A stretch of 64,000 nt of DNA from Neovahlkampfia damariscottae (Eukaryota), in the NCBI GenBank assembly GCA_016618085.1, contig JABLTG010000002.1, forward strand, positions 248,001 to 312,000. Reading direction: 5' to 3'. The notes beneath the pieces were generated by a model. It searched no databases. It was not told where the DNA came from and saw only the letters and a list, made by a program, of their open reading frames with translations. This document shows, piece by piece, positions 51,388 to 61,995 of the stretch (the stretch's first letter is position 1; every line of letters starts with the position of its first letter). A program made the position numbers and the translations under genes.

Positions 51388-52366
51388 ATGTCCAAGTTGA
51401 AGTTAGCACTTTGTCAAATGACTGTTGGTCTTGATAAAGAAAAAAATATACAAAAAGCAATCACAGCAATCAGAACTGCTTCAAAAAATGGTTCAAAGTT
51501 GGTTGTTTTACCTGTACTTTTTTTTTTTTTTTTATTTTTTTTTTTAAGGAATGTTTTAATTCACCTTATGGAACTCAATATTTTGAACAATATTCAGAAA
51601 TTGAAGAAAAGTCAACAACTCTTAAACAAATTTCAGAAATTGCTAAAGAATGTAAAGGTAAATAATACAAAAACAATTTCACACAACATTTCTTTTTTAG
51701 TTCATATCTTAGCTGGTTCTATACCTACTTATAATCAAGAAACTAAAAAATATTTGAATTCTTCTTATACATTCAATGAAGAAGGTGAAATTGTTGCAAA
51801 ATTCCATAAGATTCATTTATTTGATATTAATGTACCTGGAAAAATTTCATTTCAAGAATCAAAGGTAATTTCAAAGAATATTCATTTTTTCAAAAGGTTC
51901 TTTCTCCAGGATCTGAATTAGCAACTTTTGAAATTGAAAATCAAAAAATTGGAGTTGGAATTTGTTTTGATATTAGATTTGCTGAATTAGCTCAATTATA
52001 TCAAAGAAAAGGATGTAAACTTTTATTATATCCAGGTGCTTTTAACATGACAACTGGACCTCTTCACGTAAAAAAATAGTTCTGTTTAAAATTTTGAAAA
52101 AGTGGGAATTATTAACTCGAGCAAGAGCTTTAGATAATCAAATATTCGTCGGTGTATGTTCTCCAGCAAGAGATGTTGATTCAGGATATGTTGCATATGG
52201 ACATTCTTTAATTTCTGATCCATTAGGAAAAGTTATTGGAAGTTTGGATGAAAAAGAAGATATATTATATTCAGAGATTGATTTCAATCAAATTGATGAA
52301 ATTAGAAATCAAATACCAGTCATAAAAAATAAGAGAAATGATTTATACGTTGTCTCGGAGAAATAA
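51388..52366 (+). CDS. NIT2: omega-amidase (nitrilase family)
   Basis: [48 protein letters not shown]; four GT-AG introns. Confidence 0.92.
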
Positions 52367-52553
52367 CAATTGGACCTCAACAAAGTGAAAAAATATATCA
52401 AATTTTTTTAAAAAAAAATACAAATTTTGGGTATTTTATTAAAAAATAAAAAATATATTTTTTTATTGGTTAATTTTGCACGAATCAAATTGGTTTCCAT
52501 TTTGACGTTTTTTTTCTTTAACCACAAAGTAAAGTCAAGCAACAAAGAGAGAA

Positions 52554-53399
52554 ATGAGTATTGTTAAAGAAATAATTTATGATTACTTGAATACATCAAG
52601 ATCTGGAGATATCAATGTTGTTTATAATCGTGCAAGAACAGACGTCTGGATGCAAAACCCAGTATATCGTGATATATTTCCATGGGGTTCAGTTATACTT
52701 TATTACATTTTATTACAAATTTTACCAAAACTTGTCAAAAAAAAAGTTCCTTTTATCAAACCTGTTATGGCATTTTGGAATGGATTTTTAGCTTTACTTT
52801 CTATGGCTATGTTTTATGGAGTATTTAAAAGATTTGTTGAACGTTGGATTGAAGTTGGTTTATTTGATACATTATGTAGTGACCACTTATGCGTTGATCC
52901 AAACCCAATCATGTACTGGGCTTATATTTTTTGTAAATCAAAATATTTAGAACTTTTTGATACTCTTTGGATGATTCTTAACAAAAAAGAAGTACCTTTC
53001 TTACATTGGTGGCATCATATTACAGTTTTGTTATTCACTTGGTATGCTACATATTGGAATCTTTCAGTTGGAATTGTTTTCATTTTTGTTAATGCTTTAG
53101 TACATTCTTTCATGTACACGTATTACTTTTTAATGTCAATTGGCTACAAACCATCATGGGCAAAATATTTAACAATTGGTCAAATTTCACAAATGGTTTT
53201 AGGAACTTTCTTGAATGTATGGTTCTTTTATAACAAATATATTGCTGGAATTCACTGTAATTGTGATAGACCTGATTTATTGGTTGTTGCTTGCGGTCTC
53301 ATGTTTGGTTCTTATTTTATTTTGTTCCTTCAATTTTATATCAAAAGATATTATAAAAAAAGAGATGCAAAAGCAATTGCAGACAAAAAAAAACAATAA
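52554..53399 (+). CDS. ELO/GNS1 fatty-acid elongase
   Basis: SKYLELFDT, FLHWWHH, NALVHSFMYTYY, QISQM; C-terminal KKKQ. Confidence 0.93.
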   Translation: MSIVKEIIYDYLNTSRSGDINVVYNRARTDVWMQNPVYRDIFPWGSVILYYILLQILPKLVKKKVPFIKPVMAFWNGFLALLSMAMFYGVFKRFVERWIEVGLFDTLCSDHLCVDPNPIMYWAYIFCKSKYLELFDTLWMILNKKEVPFLHWWHHITVLLFTWYATYWNLSVGIVFIFVNALVHSFMYTYYFLMSIGYKPSWAKYLTIGQISQMVLGTFLNVWFFYNKYIAGIHCNCDRPDLLVVACGLMFGSYFILFLQFYIKRYYKKRDAKAIADKKKQ

Positions 53400-53496
53400 A
53401 CTCTTTTTTTTTTTTTTAAAGCATCAACAAAATTTTTTTAACACGGAAATTGTTTATTGTTTTTTTTTAGTTTTGAATTTTACAAAATTAAGTTTT

Positions 53497-54615
53497 TTAG
53501 TTTCTGAAACCACCTCTTCCACCACCTCTACCGCCACCTCTTCCACCACCTCTTCCACCACCTCTTCCACCACCTCTACCGCCTCCTCTACTATCACCTC
53601 TTCCTCCTCTTGAGAAACCACCTCTACCACCTCTGTCACCTCCTCTTCCTCCTCTTCTATCACCACCTCTTCCTCTGTTTCCTCCATTAAAATTGTTTTC
53701 AAATTTTGGTTTTTTGAATGATTGAACATCAACATCTCTTTTTCTTTTTAAAACTGGTGCTTCTTCTTCTTCTGAATCATCTGAGTCGTCTTCTGAATCG
53801 TTTTCTGAATTGTCTTCTGAATCATCTCCTGATGATACACCACCTTGAGCCATTAAAGCAGCTAAATCCTCTTCATCAATATCATCTGAATCAAATGATC
53901 CTTCTGAATCTCCTTCTGAGTCATCAGAATCATCTGAATCAGCACCTTTAACAAGAGTTTGTGTCACTGTAATTTTTCCAGGTTTTTCTTTTGCAACAAC
54001 AATTGTTTCTTCTTCAGAGTCATCTGAATCATCTGAATCTTCTGAATCATCTTCTTCAGCAGTTGGCAAAGCATTTTTTAAAGTTTGAAGAACTTGTTCA
54101 TCATCTTCTTCTGAATCCTCATCTGAGTCTTCTTCTTCATTATCTAAAGCAACATCATCTTCAATTGAGTCATCTGAATCTTCTTCACTTGACATTTCTT
54201 CACCATCTTCTTCTGATGAAATTTCATAATCTTCTTGAAGTGTTGATAATTGATTACGTAAAGCATTTTTAAGAATAGTATTGATTTCTGTTTTAATATA
54301 TGTTTGAATTGATTTTGGGTCTTTAACATTGATTTTGATTTCTTCTTCTTCTTTGTTTAATTCTTCTGATGATCTTGTCAATTCTTGTAATAAAAATTCC
54401 ATCAATTGATTAGCAGCCATTGATGATACCATTTGGTTAATTTCATCAACAGCATTATCTGAAATTTCACCTTCTTGTTCAATTGAAACATCACTTTCTG
54501 ATGTTGAAGCTTCTTGAAAAGCACCTTCCTTTTCTAATTGTTTGAGTTGTTTTAAAGTTTCTTTGTCTTTAACTTCTGTAACTTCTGATTTTTTTGTTTG
54601 TTTTTTTTTTCCCAT
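53497..54615 (-). CDS. acidic nucleolar-type protein with a C-terminal RGG/GAR tail
   Basis: Asp/Glu/Ser tracts, KRKR NLS-like motif, (GGRG)n tail; no RRM seen. Confidence 0.75.
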   Translation of the reverse strand: MGKKKQTKKSEVTEVKDKETLKQLKQLEKEGAFQEASTSESDVSIEQEGEISDNAVDEINQMVSSMAANQLMEFLLQELTRSSEELNKEEEEIKINVKDPKSIQTYIKTEINTILKNALRNQLSTLQEDYEISSEEDGEEMSSEEDSDDSIEDDVALDNEEEDSDEDSEEDDEQVLQTLKNALPTAEEDDSEDSDDSDDSEEETIVVAKEKPGKITVTQTLVKGADSDDSDDSEGDSEGSFDSDDIDEEDLAALMAQGGVSSGDDSEDNSENDSEDDSDDSEEEEAPVLKRKRDVDVQSFKKPKFENNFNGGNRGRGGDRRGGRGGDRGGRGGFSRGGRGDSRGGGRGGGRGGGRGGGRGGGRGGGRGGFRN

Positions 54616-54796
54616 TTGTTATACCGCCAAGTTTTAAATTTTGAGGATCGAGGATTGTTTTTAATTGGCTAATGAGTTTTATCCAATGAACAAAGCCTCC
54701 ATTTCAGAATAAAAAAATTTATTCATTTTTAATTTTTGTCAAAAAAACTATTCAGGGATCCTCTAATTCAATTTGTTATCGTTTTTAATGTAAAAT

Positions 54797-55485
54797 TTAT
54801 TTTTTAAATAATGAATTAAAAAACCCTCCAACAGCTTTGGTAGCCACATGACCTGGATGCATATCTGAAGCCTTTTCAACATCATTCATTCCTCTTGATA
54901 CCGAAAATTCCACTTCTTCAATGAAATCTTCAACGTCGTTCATTTGTTCACCTTGATATACAACCATATTATTTAAATCATTTGTCATCTCTTGAATTTC
55001 TTTCATACCTTCACCAATTTCTTTAATTTCCTTCAATGTTTCTCTTGCAATATCATGTTCTGTATCAATGTGTCGTTTTAAAGCAGCACTGACAGGTTTT
55101 TTTTTAACAGATTTTTGTATTTGTTCTTCTTGTTCGTAATCAACATATCCTAGAGGTTCATCAAAAGAAGTTGTTTTTGTGGTTGAATCATCTAAAGATT
55201 TGAATTTTGTTTTTTTTTGTTTAAAAACTTTTTCTTCATCTTTGACTGTTTTTGATAATTTATTATACAATAGTTCACTTTTTGGTTCTTTTGAAGATTT
55301 GAACTTTTTTAATTTTTCAGTGGTTGTTGAGAATAACTCTGTTCCCTTTGTGAATAAATTTGTTCTTTTTTTTTTTAGTTTTTTTTTTTGGTTTACTTTT
55401 CTTTAGTTGATAAATTGTCATCATTGAGTTGTTTATTCAAATCTTGAATCTGTTCAACTAATTGAATAATCTCTGCTGATGTCAT
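54797..55485 (-). CDS. syntaxin-like Qa-SNARE-domain protein without a TM anchor
   Basis: EIKEIGEGMKEIQEMTNDLNNMVVYQGEQMNDVE SNARE layers; intron 55365..55396. Confidence 0.75.
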
Positions 55486-55981
55486 GATGATTTTATTGGT
55501 GGAATTAAACCAATGAATTTTGTTTTCTTCAAATCGAAGAAATGGAGGTAGTGAATCAGAACTGTATGTGAAACAACAGCTGAAAAGGAACGACATTTGA
55601 TTGAAAATACATTATTGGAAGAATTATTATCAATAGTTCAAAGCTGATTCAAGAAAGACTCATTTTGAAAATTGATTCACAAAAAAATCAAACATGGAAT
55701 ACTCGTTTCACATTGATTTCAACTGGACCAAATCTGAAATAATTTAAGTTGAATTCATGAGGAAAAATAGTTTTTCGTGTAATATTCATTTTGAAAAAAT
55801 CATTGGAAAATATCAAATTTTATTTTAATGTCAATTTTTAATTAAAGCAAGGTATTCAAATTGACTTTACATTTTCTTGAATATCTTCCAATTTGCATGA
55901 AATATCTTTTATTTGCCTCAGTTATTTTTGTGATTCCATTTTTTGGAAACATAATCGAGCTTGAAGGTTTTTTTCTTGAAT

Positions 55982-56220
55982 TTAAGTTTTTTTGTTTTTC
56001 TGAACATCAGTAGCAGGGGGGCTATGCTTGTTTACTAAGAGTAAATTTTGGAATTCAAAGACTATGAAAATTCCAATACAAAGCCAACCACCAATCGCAG
56101 CCAGAACCAAAGAAATTATAAAACTAATCTCCGCGCGTTAATCAAATGAACAGTTCAGGAAATCAACAAACAATATCAACCAACAGCTACAAATTAAAGT
56201 TTCAAAAATTTGGAAACTGA
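55982..56220 (-). pseudogene. possible membrane-protein remnant with an in-frame TAA
   Basis: Frame ...LICSCWLILFVDFLNCSFD*RAEISFIISLVLAAIGGWLCIGIFIVF...; stop at 56138-56140. Confidence 0.3.
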
Positions 56221-56920
56221 ATGTAAATTGAAGGATTTATATAATTTGGGTTTGTTTTAATAATTTGTTTTTGAAATATAAAAATGAAGAAGTGTAGAAT
56301 AAAGTTGTTGTAAAGAGATTGAAAGGATGTATTTTTAATTTCATTAGTGAAGGTAATCGTTTTGAAAATAACTTTTTTAAAATACAGGTTTGAGGTGGTT
56401 GAAAAAATAAGTGATTTGTAGGATTTTTAATTATTTTTTTGGAAGTAAAAATGAAATTTAAGATTGTTTTATTGGAAATTTGGTGCCGGAACGGAAAAAT
56501 TGAAGAATTTGGACTGATGAACTCTCCAAAATCTGTGAAAAAACTCATTTTTTCCACTTTTTTATTGTTTGCAAAGTGAATTTGAACCTTCATTCTCAAA
56601 TTGAAAGAATCATGCTTCATTGGCCAAAGTTATTTTTAGATTAATTATCTTTAAATAGCCATGTTCTTCGCTGAGTGCAACCATGACAACTCATCTTTGT
56701 AAGTGCCCACACATAGCCGGAAAAAGTACTGGAAAATTTTCGTTTAAAGGAAAAGAAGAAGCTCTTAAAAATATGGGTTTAACAGACGAAGAAATCAAAA
56801 AACTGACTTCCATGAAACCTATAAAATCTTCTCAAAAGCAAAACTACTCGATAAATAATCAAAAATCGAGTTCTTCTGAAACTCAAAATTTAATAGCCAA
56901 ATAAACTTTTATTCAACTTT

Positions 56921-57486
56921 TTAACAGCAACCACAGCAACGTGGATATTTTTCTAAACACCACTTGGTGAAGGTGACAAACACTTCGACCAAATTCTTCA
57001 GAAACATTACACTTGCAAGAATAAAAACGTTGAAAATTATAGCAATATTGTAAATCATAACATTGGCAAGAATTCCTTGATGAGAGGCAATTAAAATATA
57101 AGCAAGAATGAAACCAAAACCAAGAAACAAGTACGAGGCAAACAAGAAGCTATACGCAACCATTTTGATTCCACAATCCCAAACTTCTGGGAAAATTGGA
57201 GGTTTTGGATCAATTTTTGTATAATACTCCAACTTTTCAACAAACTACGGATATTTTTGATTTATGGTATCACTAATATGACGAAATTCTTCTTCGGTGA
57301 CTTGAAACTTGATGTCTGGCTGTGTATAATAATCTGGAAAAAGGTTTTTATCATAAATCACAGAATAAATTAAAATTTGAGCATCAGTATCGTCTTCTAG
57401 TCCATTGAGAGTCTGATCATGCAGCGCTGCAAAAGGCAAGGTAAGTTTCACGGCTAATCCCTGTTTTCATCAACGATGTGCCCCAT
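56921..57486 (-). pseudogene. disrupted two-TM membrane-protein gene with a Cys-rich C-terminus
   Basis: ORFs 57245..57451 and 56921..57232 are in frame, split by one TAG (57245-57247). The 5' end needs a frameshift. Ends in RCCGCC. Confidence 0.55.
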
Positions 57487-57869
57487 TTCCTGAATAACAT
57501 CAAAAATTCAAAAATAAATTCCAGTTTTAAGTCATTTTGTTGTTCGTCTTGTTCGACATGCATTGTCAGCAATCAAAATGAACCAATGAATTTCTGAAAC
57601 TAAAAGTCTGTAATTATTTCTTTGTCCAACTTTTAATTTTGATTTGTGCAACAAAGTTCCAAACCAGATCTTTTTGTACTTGAAATTATTTTTTTTTGTA
57701 ATTGGATTCAACTCCGAAAGGTCTGGAGGATTCAAGCATTTCAAAATTGTAATTTATTCAAAAAATTTGCTTAACATTTTCTATTTCCAATTAAACAATT
57801 CCAATCCATTGTCAATAAGAATAAATCAATTATTTTCAACACAAAAAATTTGCCTAATCCAAAATATAA

Positions 57870-60375
57870 ATGTCCAAAAACAAAATTGAATTGAAAAGAG
57901 CAAAAAATTCTCATTACATTGAAAACGATAATAAAACAAGAACCTATTTAATAAAAAATGGTGTGGCTACAAATTTTCTGAAAAAAAATACAGAATATAT
58001 CAACGAAATAAAAAAAATTGATCCATACATCAACTTAACAAATATAAAAATTATAGAAAAACCAGAAAATATTTATAATGGAATCATTAAGTCTCCAAAA
58101 CATGATGATTTCTATTTAGAAACACCAACCGGAAAAGTTTACCTTTATAAAAATAAAAAATTTACAACCAAAATGAATAACTGGAAAGATAAAAGAGAAA
58201 AAGAAGATTATATTGATGCTATTGAAAATTATTTAGGAAAAAAGACTAAGGTTAGTTTTTCTGTTAATGTTTTTGCCAAAGAAGGTAAAAAAATCAAGAT
58301 CCAAGTGTTTATTATGAAGCTCATAAAACCAAAGATTTTAAATATAGAGTCATCAGAAAATACAACGTAACTGGATATCTCTCAGACACCAAAAAAAATC
58401 AGTTAATAACAGAATTCAAAGCAAACAGTTCATTGTTAAAAGATTCAAGAAAAATTGAAGATTACAAATGGTTGTTAGATATGTTAAGAAATACAAAAAC
58501 CTTTGATCACATGAATGTCATTGAAAGTTTAATTGAATATATCAAAGATACAGATTTACAAACAATGGAACCAGATGAAGATTTTGATTTAAAAACAACT
58601 ATGTTAAAAAATCAAGAAAAATTTATTGAACCAAAAATCAATCATGAATTCATTGAATATTCAGCCAAAACAATAAAAGACCTCCAAAATTACAAATTAA
58701 ACGAATATCTTTTGAATAACTTCCAAAGTGAATCTTGTGTTTATACAACTTTAATAAAATTTATCAAACTCATTTTGACCTCACTTACCAATCATTATTC
58801 AACTACTTTCATCAAGAAGACTTAAACCAAGTCGGTGTCACTTGTGACGCAGTAGGAAAATATTATATTTTAGATTCAAACGATAACAAAAAATACATTT
58901 TTCAAAATCAACAATTTACAACTTATTTCAAAAAACTTGGAAAGAAAAAACAAGAAGAATTTAAAAAATCAATTGAAGAAAAAGTTAAACTGAGTAATAA
59001 TTTGGAGTACTCTCTTTCAGTTGAACAGTTAAAAAAATTCTTTGTTGAACATAATTTGAAAATGACTATTTTGGATATTCACGGAAACATTGTTGATAAA
59101 CATCACCCAACCAAGGAAGGAAAAAGTTCAGAAAGATCAGATTTATCCACAAGACATTTTAAAGGACTTGTTTCAAATAATCATCTTTATCAAATAACCA
59201 ACAGATTGGAAACCTTTGATGAATCAGAAAATCGTGAAATTGAAGAACTAGCTCAAACTATCAAAACTTCAGATAAATATTACATGAGAAAGAATAAATT
59301 TATCGAAGAATTTTTAACCAACGTTGAAGAACTGCTCAGTTATCCATTTGAAGAAAACAAATTTTATAAATTCTTTTCAGTTGTTAAACTTGATGATGTT
59401 CTTCACTGGTTCAAAGAAAAAATTAAATATCATCCTCATGTGACAATGGTTGACCAAATAACAAAAATAACGATTAAAATTAACAAGTCCATTGCAATTT
59501 TTGTTCCATTTAACGCTGGTTTAAGTGATGAAGTTGCTGAATTTGGTAAAACCTCAATGAAATACATGAAGTTGTTTGTGAAACAAGGAAAAGAATTTGA
59601 AGATGCTTTAATCAATTACAAATATATTTCAACTTATGAAGAAAGTTTAGTTACAAATTTATTGAAGTTTCCAATAGATTTAATGAAACCAGAAGTTGAA
59701 GCCAGAGCGGAAAAATCTGAATATATTTGTTATGATGGTATTTTACAACAAATGGCACGAAAAAATGAAAATGGTGACATTATTTCAAGACAATATGTGG
59801 CTGCTCCAAGTGAATCTGGAAAATCAACTTATCTTTCAAAATTAGTTCAAGAATACAAAATGTTGAAACCTAAATCTAAAATTTATTTGTTTAGTGATAC
59901 TCCAAGAGATCCAGTTCTTGACAGACTTGGTGTGATTCGAATCAAATTAGATGAAGAATTAATTGAAGATCCAATTGAAGCCGAAGAACTTGCAGGAAAT
60001 GAAGAATCTGATTTTCATAGTTTAGTTATATTAGACGATATTGATAGTATCATCAATAAAAAAATATTCAAACAAGTTGCTGCTTTGAGAGATCAATTGT
60101 TGCAAAAAGGACGTCATCATAAAATTAGTGTTATTTGTACAAATCACAAACTCGCAGATTATAAAAATACATCAATTATTTTAAATGAATCACAATTTAT
60201 AACTTTATTTCCTAAGGCTACTTGCTTAAAAAATTTCAGTTACATTCTAAAAACTTATTGTGGAATGTCAGAGGAAGAAATTAAAAGAGCTTATAAATTA
60301 CCAACAAGATGGGTTACTATTTTAACTACATTTCCAAGATATGTTTTATATCAAAGCGGAGTTTATTTGTTGTAA
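57870..60375 (+). pseudogene. frameshifted PolB-like N-terminal region fused in frame to an FtsK/HerA (A32-like) packaging ATPase
   Basis: Three ORFs join by single-base shifts near 58290 and 58755. ATPase part (about 59683-60375): AAPSESGKST, IYLFS, SLVILDD, GRHHKIS, LNES..ITLFP, RWVTI...P. Confidence 0.78.
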
Positions 60376-60438
60376 TTCAATTAGAATTATTAGAAATTTC
60401 ATTTTAATTTAAATTATTTTATTTTTTAAGTTATAAGA

Positions 60439-61143
60439 ATGACTGACTTATTGAAACAAAAAACTGTTGAATTATTTGAATCTTGGGACAAGAGATTTGA
60501 CGAAATCAAAAGTTTATTTAAGGAATTCAGCGAATCAATCACTGAATATGATCAAGAGAAAGATGCAGATACCAAAGAATTGAAGAGAGACGATGTTATT
60601 GATGCCAGTGAGAAACTGAACCAAAAATACAATGAATTGAAAGATGAAGTCGAAGGTAATTTTCAAAGGGAATATTACGATTTAGATCAACACTTTGAGG
60701 TTTTGAAAAAATTATATACAGAATCGAAGGATAGTGAATTTCTTATATCTGGAGAGAAATCATCTGAGGGAAAAAGTGCCCGTGATAAATTAAAAAAAGA
60801 ATTTAAATATGAATCAAAAATCACTATTGATGAATTGAAAAATTCCATTATATCAGATTTAAATGCAATCAAAAGATATCTCGATGAGTCAAGTAAAAAA
60901 TTTAAAGTTGATGGAGTTATTTTCGGTTACAAATCTATTATTGAAAGAAGAGAAAAGGAATTCGAACGCATGTTACCAAGTTCACAACCATCATCACCAA
61001 ACAAAAAACCAAATATTTCACCTCTTCCAATTGATCCAGACGACAAAAAAAAGATTGAAAAAATGATTGAAAACCCTGAAATGAAGGCTCAAATTATTGA
61101 CAAAATTATGAAAGCATTCCCAGTTTCAAAAAAGAACAATTAG
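60439..61143 (+). CDS. viral hypothetical coiled-coil protein
   Basis: 234-aa intronless ORF inside the element. Confidence 0.6.
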   Translation: MTDLLKQKTVELFESWDKRFDEIKSLFKEFSESITEYDQEKDADTKELKRDDVIDASEKLNQKYNELKDEVEGNFQREYYDLDQHFEVLKKLYTESKDSEFLISGEKSSEGKSARDKLKKEFKYESKITIDELKNSIISDLNAIKRYLDESSKKFKVDGVIFGYKSIIERREKEFERMLPSSQPSSPNKKPNISPLPIDPDDKKKIEKMIENPEMKAQIIDKIMKAFPVSKKNN

Positions 61144-61148
61144 ATTCA

Positions 61149-61952
61149 TTGAGTGTAAAAGATTTGTTGGAAATATCAATTACTCTTGGATTTGATTTTA
61201 GTAATCTTAATCGATTGAAAGCACCAGAAAATGCAACTAAAGAAGTCAAAGAACTGGCGCAAAATTTGGAAAATTTAAAACGAGAAAGAGAAATTCAAGA
61301 AGAATTCAATAGATTAAAAAATAAAATTCAAGGCGAAGAAGCGATTATAGCAAAAGAAAAGAAAGAAAAAATATTAAAAAAGGCTGATAAAATCATCAAA
61401 GAAAATCTACCAAAAGAAGAAGCTTTCAAATTAAAAACTCCCAAAAAAACTGAAGCTGAAAAATCTCAAATTTTAAAATCCGAAACAATTGCCAGAAAGC
61501 ATATAAAGGACCTTTTAAATGCTGAGAATATCAGTTTAGAAGAGAATTTTGCAGATATACAAAATACAGATTTTCCTATCACTTCAGAAACTCCAATTTT
61601 GAAACAGAAAAAAGGAAAATCACAAAAAGAGAAACTTTCCGTAAAAAAGGAGAATCCGTCATCAAAAAGGTCAAATCCCTTTTTGGAGTTTATGAAAGAT
61701 TTCCGTAAACAAAATCAAGGAAAATTTGACAGTAAAAATATGATGAAAGAGGGAGGAAAAGCATGGAGAATGTTAAAGGGAGGGTGCAACAATGAAATTT
61801 GTAAATTGAAAGAAAAACCAACAGTTAGCAAAACCGATCAATTTGCCGAATTTCATAAATTGTCTTCTGTTTTAAAGAAAAAAAATGATGCTTATGATGA
61901 GAATGCTGGAGAAGCTGCTTTAGCAAAACTTCGTAGAAAAAAATTAAAATAA
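61149..61952 (+). CDS. viral basic protein with an HMG-box-like motif; no ATG start
   Basis: KRSNPFLEFMKDFRKQN...MMKEGGKAWRML; begins at TTG. Confidence 0.55.
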   Translation: MSVKDLLEISITLGFDFSNLNRLKAPENATKEVKELAQNLENLKREREIQEEFNRLKNKIQGEEAIIAKEKKEKILKKADKIIKENLPKEEAFKLKTPKKTEAEKSQILKSETIARKHIKDLLNAENISLEENFADIQNTDFPITSETPILKQKKGKSQKEKLSVKKENPSSKRSNPFLEFMKDFRKQNQGKFDSKNMMKEGGKAWRMLKGGCNNEICKLKEKPTVSKTDQFAEFHKLSSVLKKKNDAYDENAGEAALAKLRRKKLK

Positions 61953-61995
61953 TTCAAATTTAAATTTGAATTTACTTTTTTTTATTAAATATATA

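Noticed and set aside
53215..54329. Overlapping short ORFs around the GAR protein
   Set aside because: Alternative-frame or antisense shadows of acidic and RGG repeats.
1..55500. Non-canonical or U12-type introns
   Set aside because: Every intron resolved by hand fits GT-AG. Not all introns were checked.
57245..57247. Stop-codon reassignment suggested by in-frame TAG/TAA
   Set aside because: Host genes end normally in TAA (RPL8), TGA (GFM2) and TAG (methyltransferase), and conserved genes have no internal stops after splicing.
57704..57735. GGATTCAA direct repeat around a small hairpin as a possible element end
   Set aside because: Too short, and the other end of the element is outside the window, so a TIR or TSD cannot be tested.
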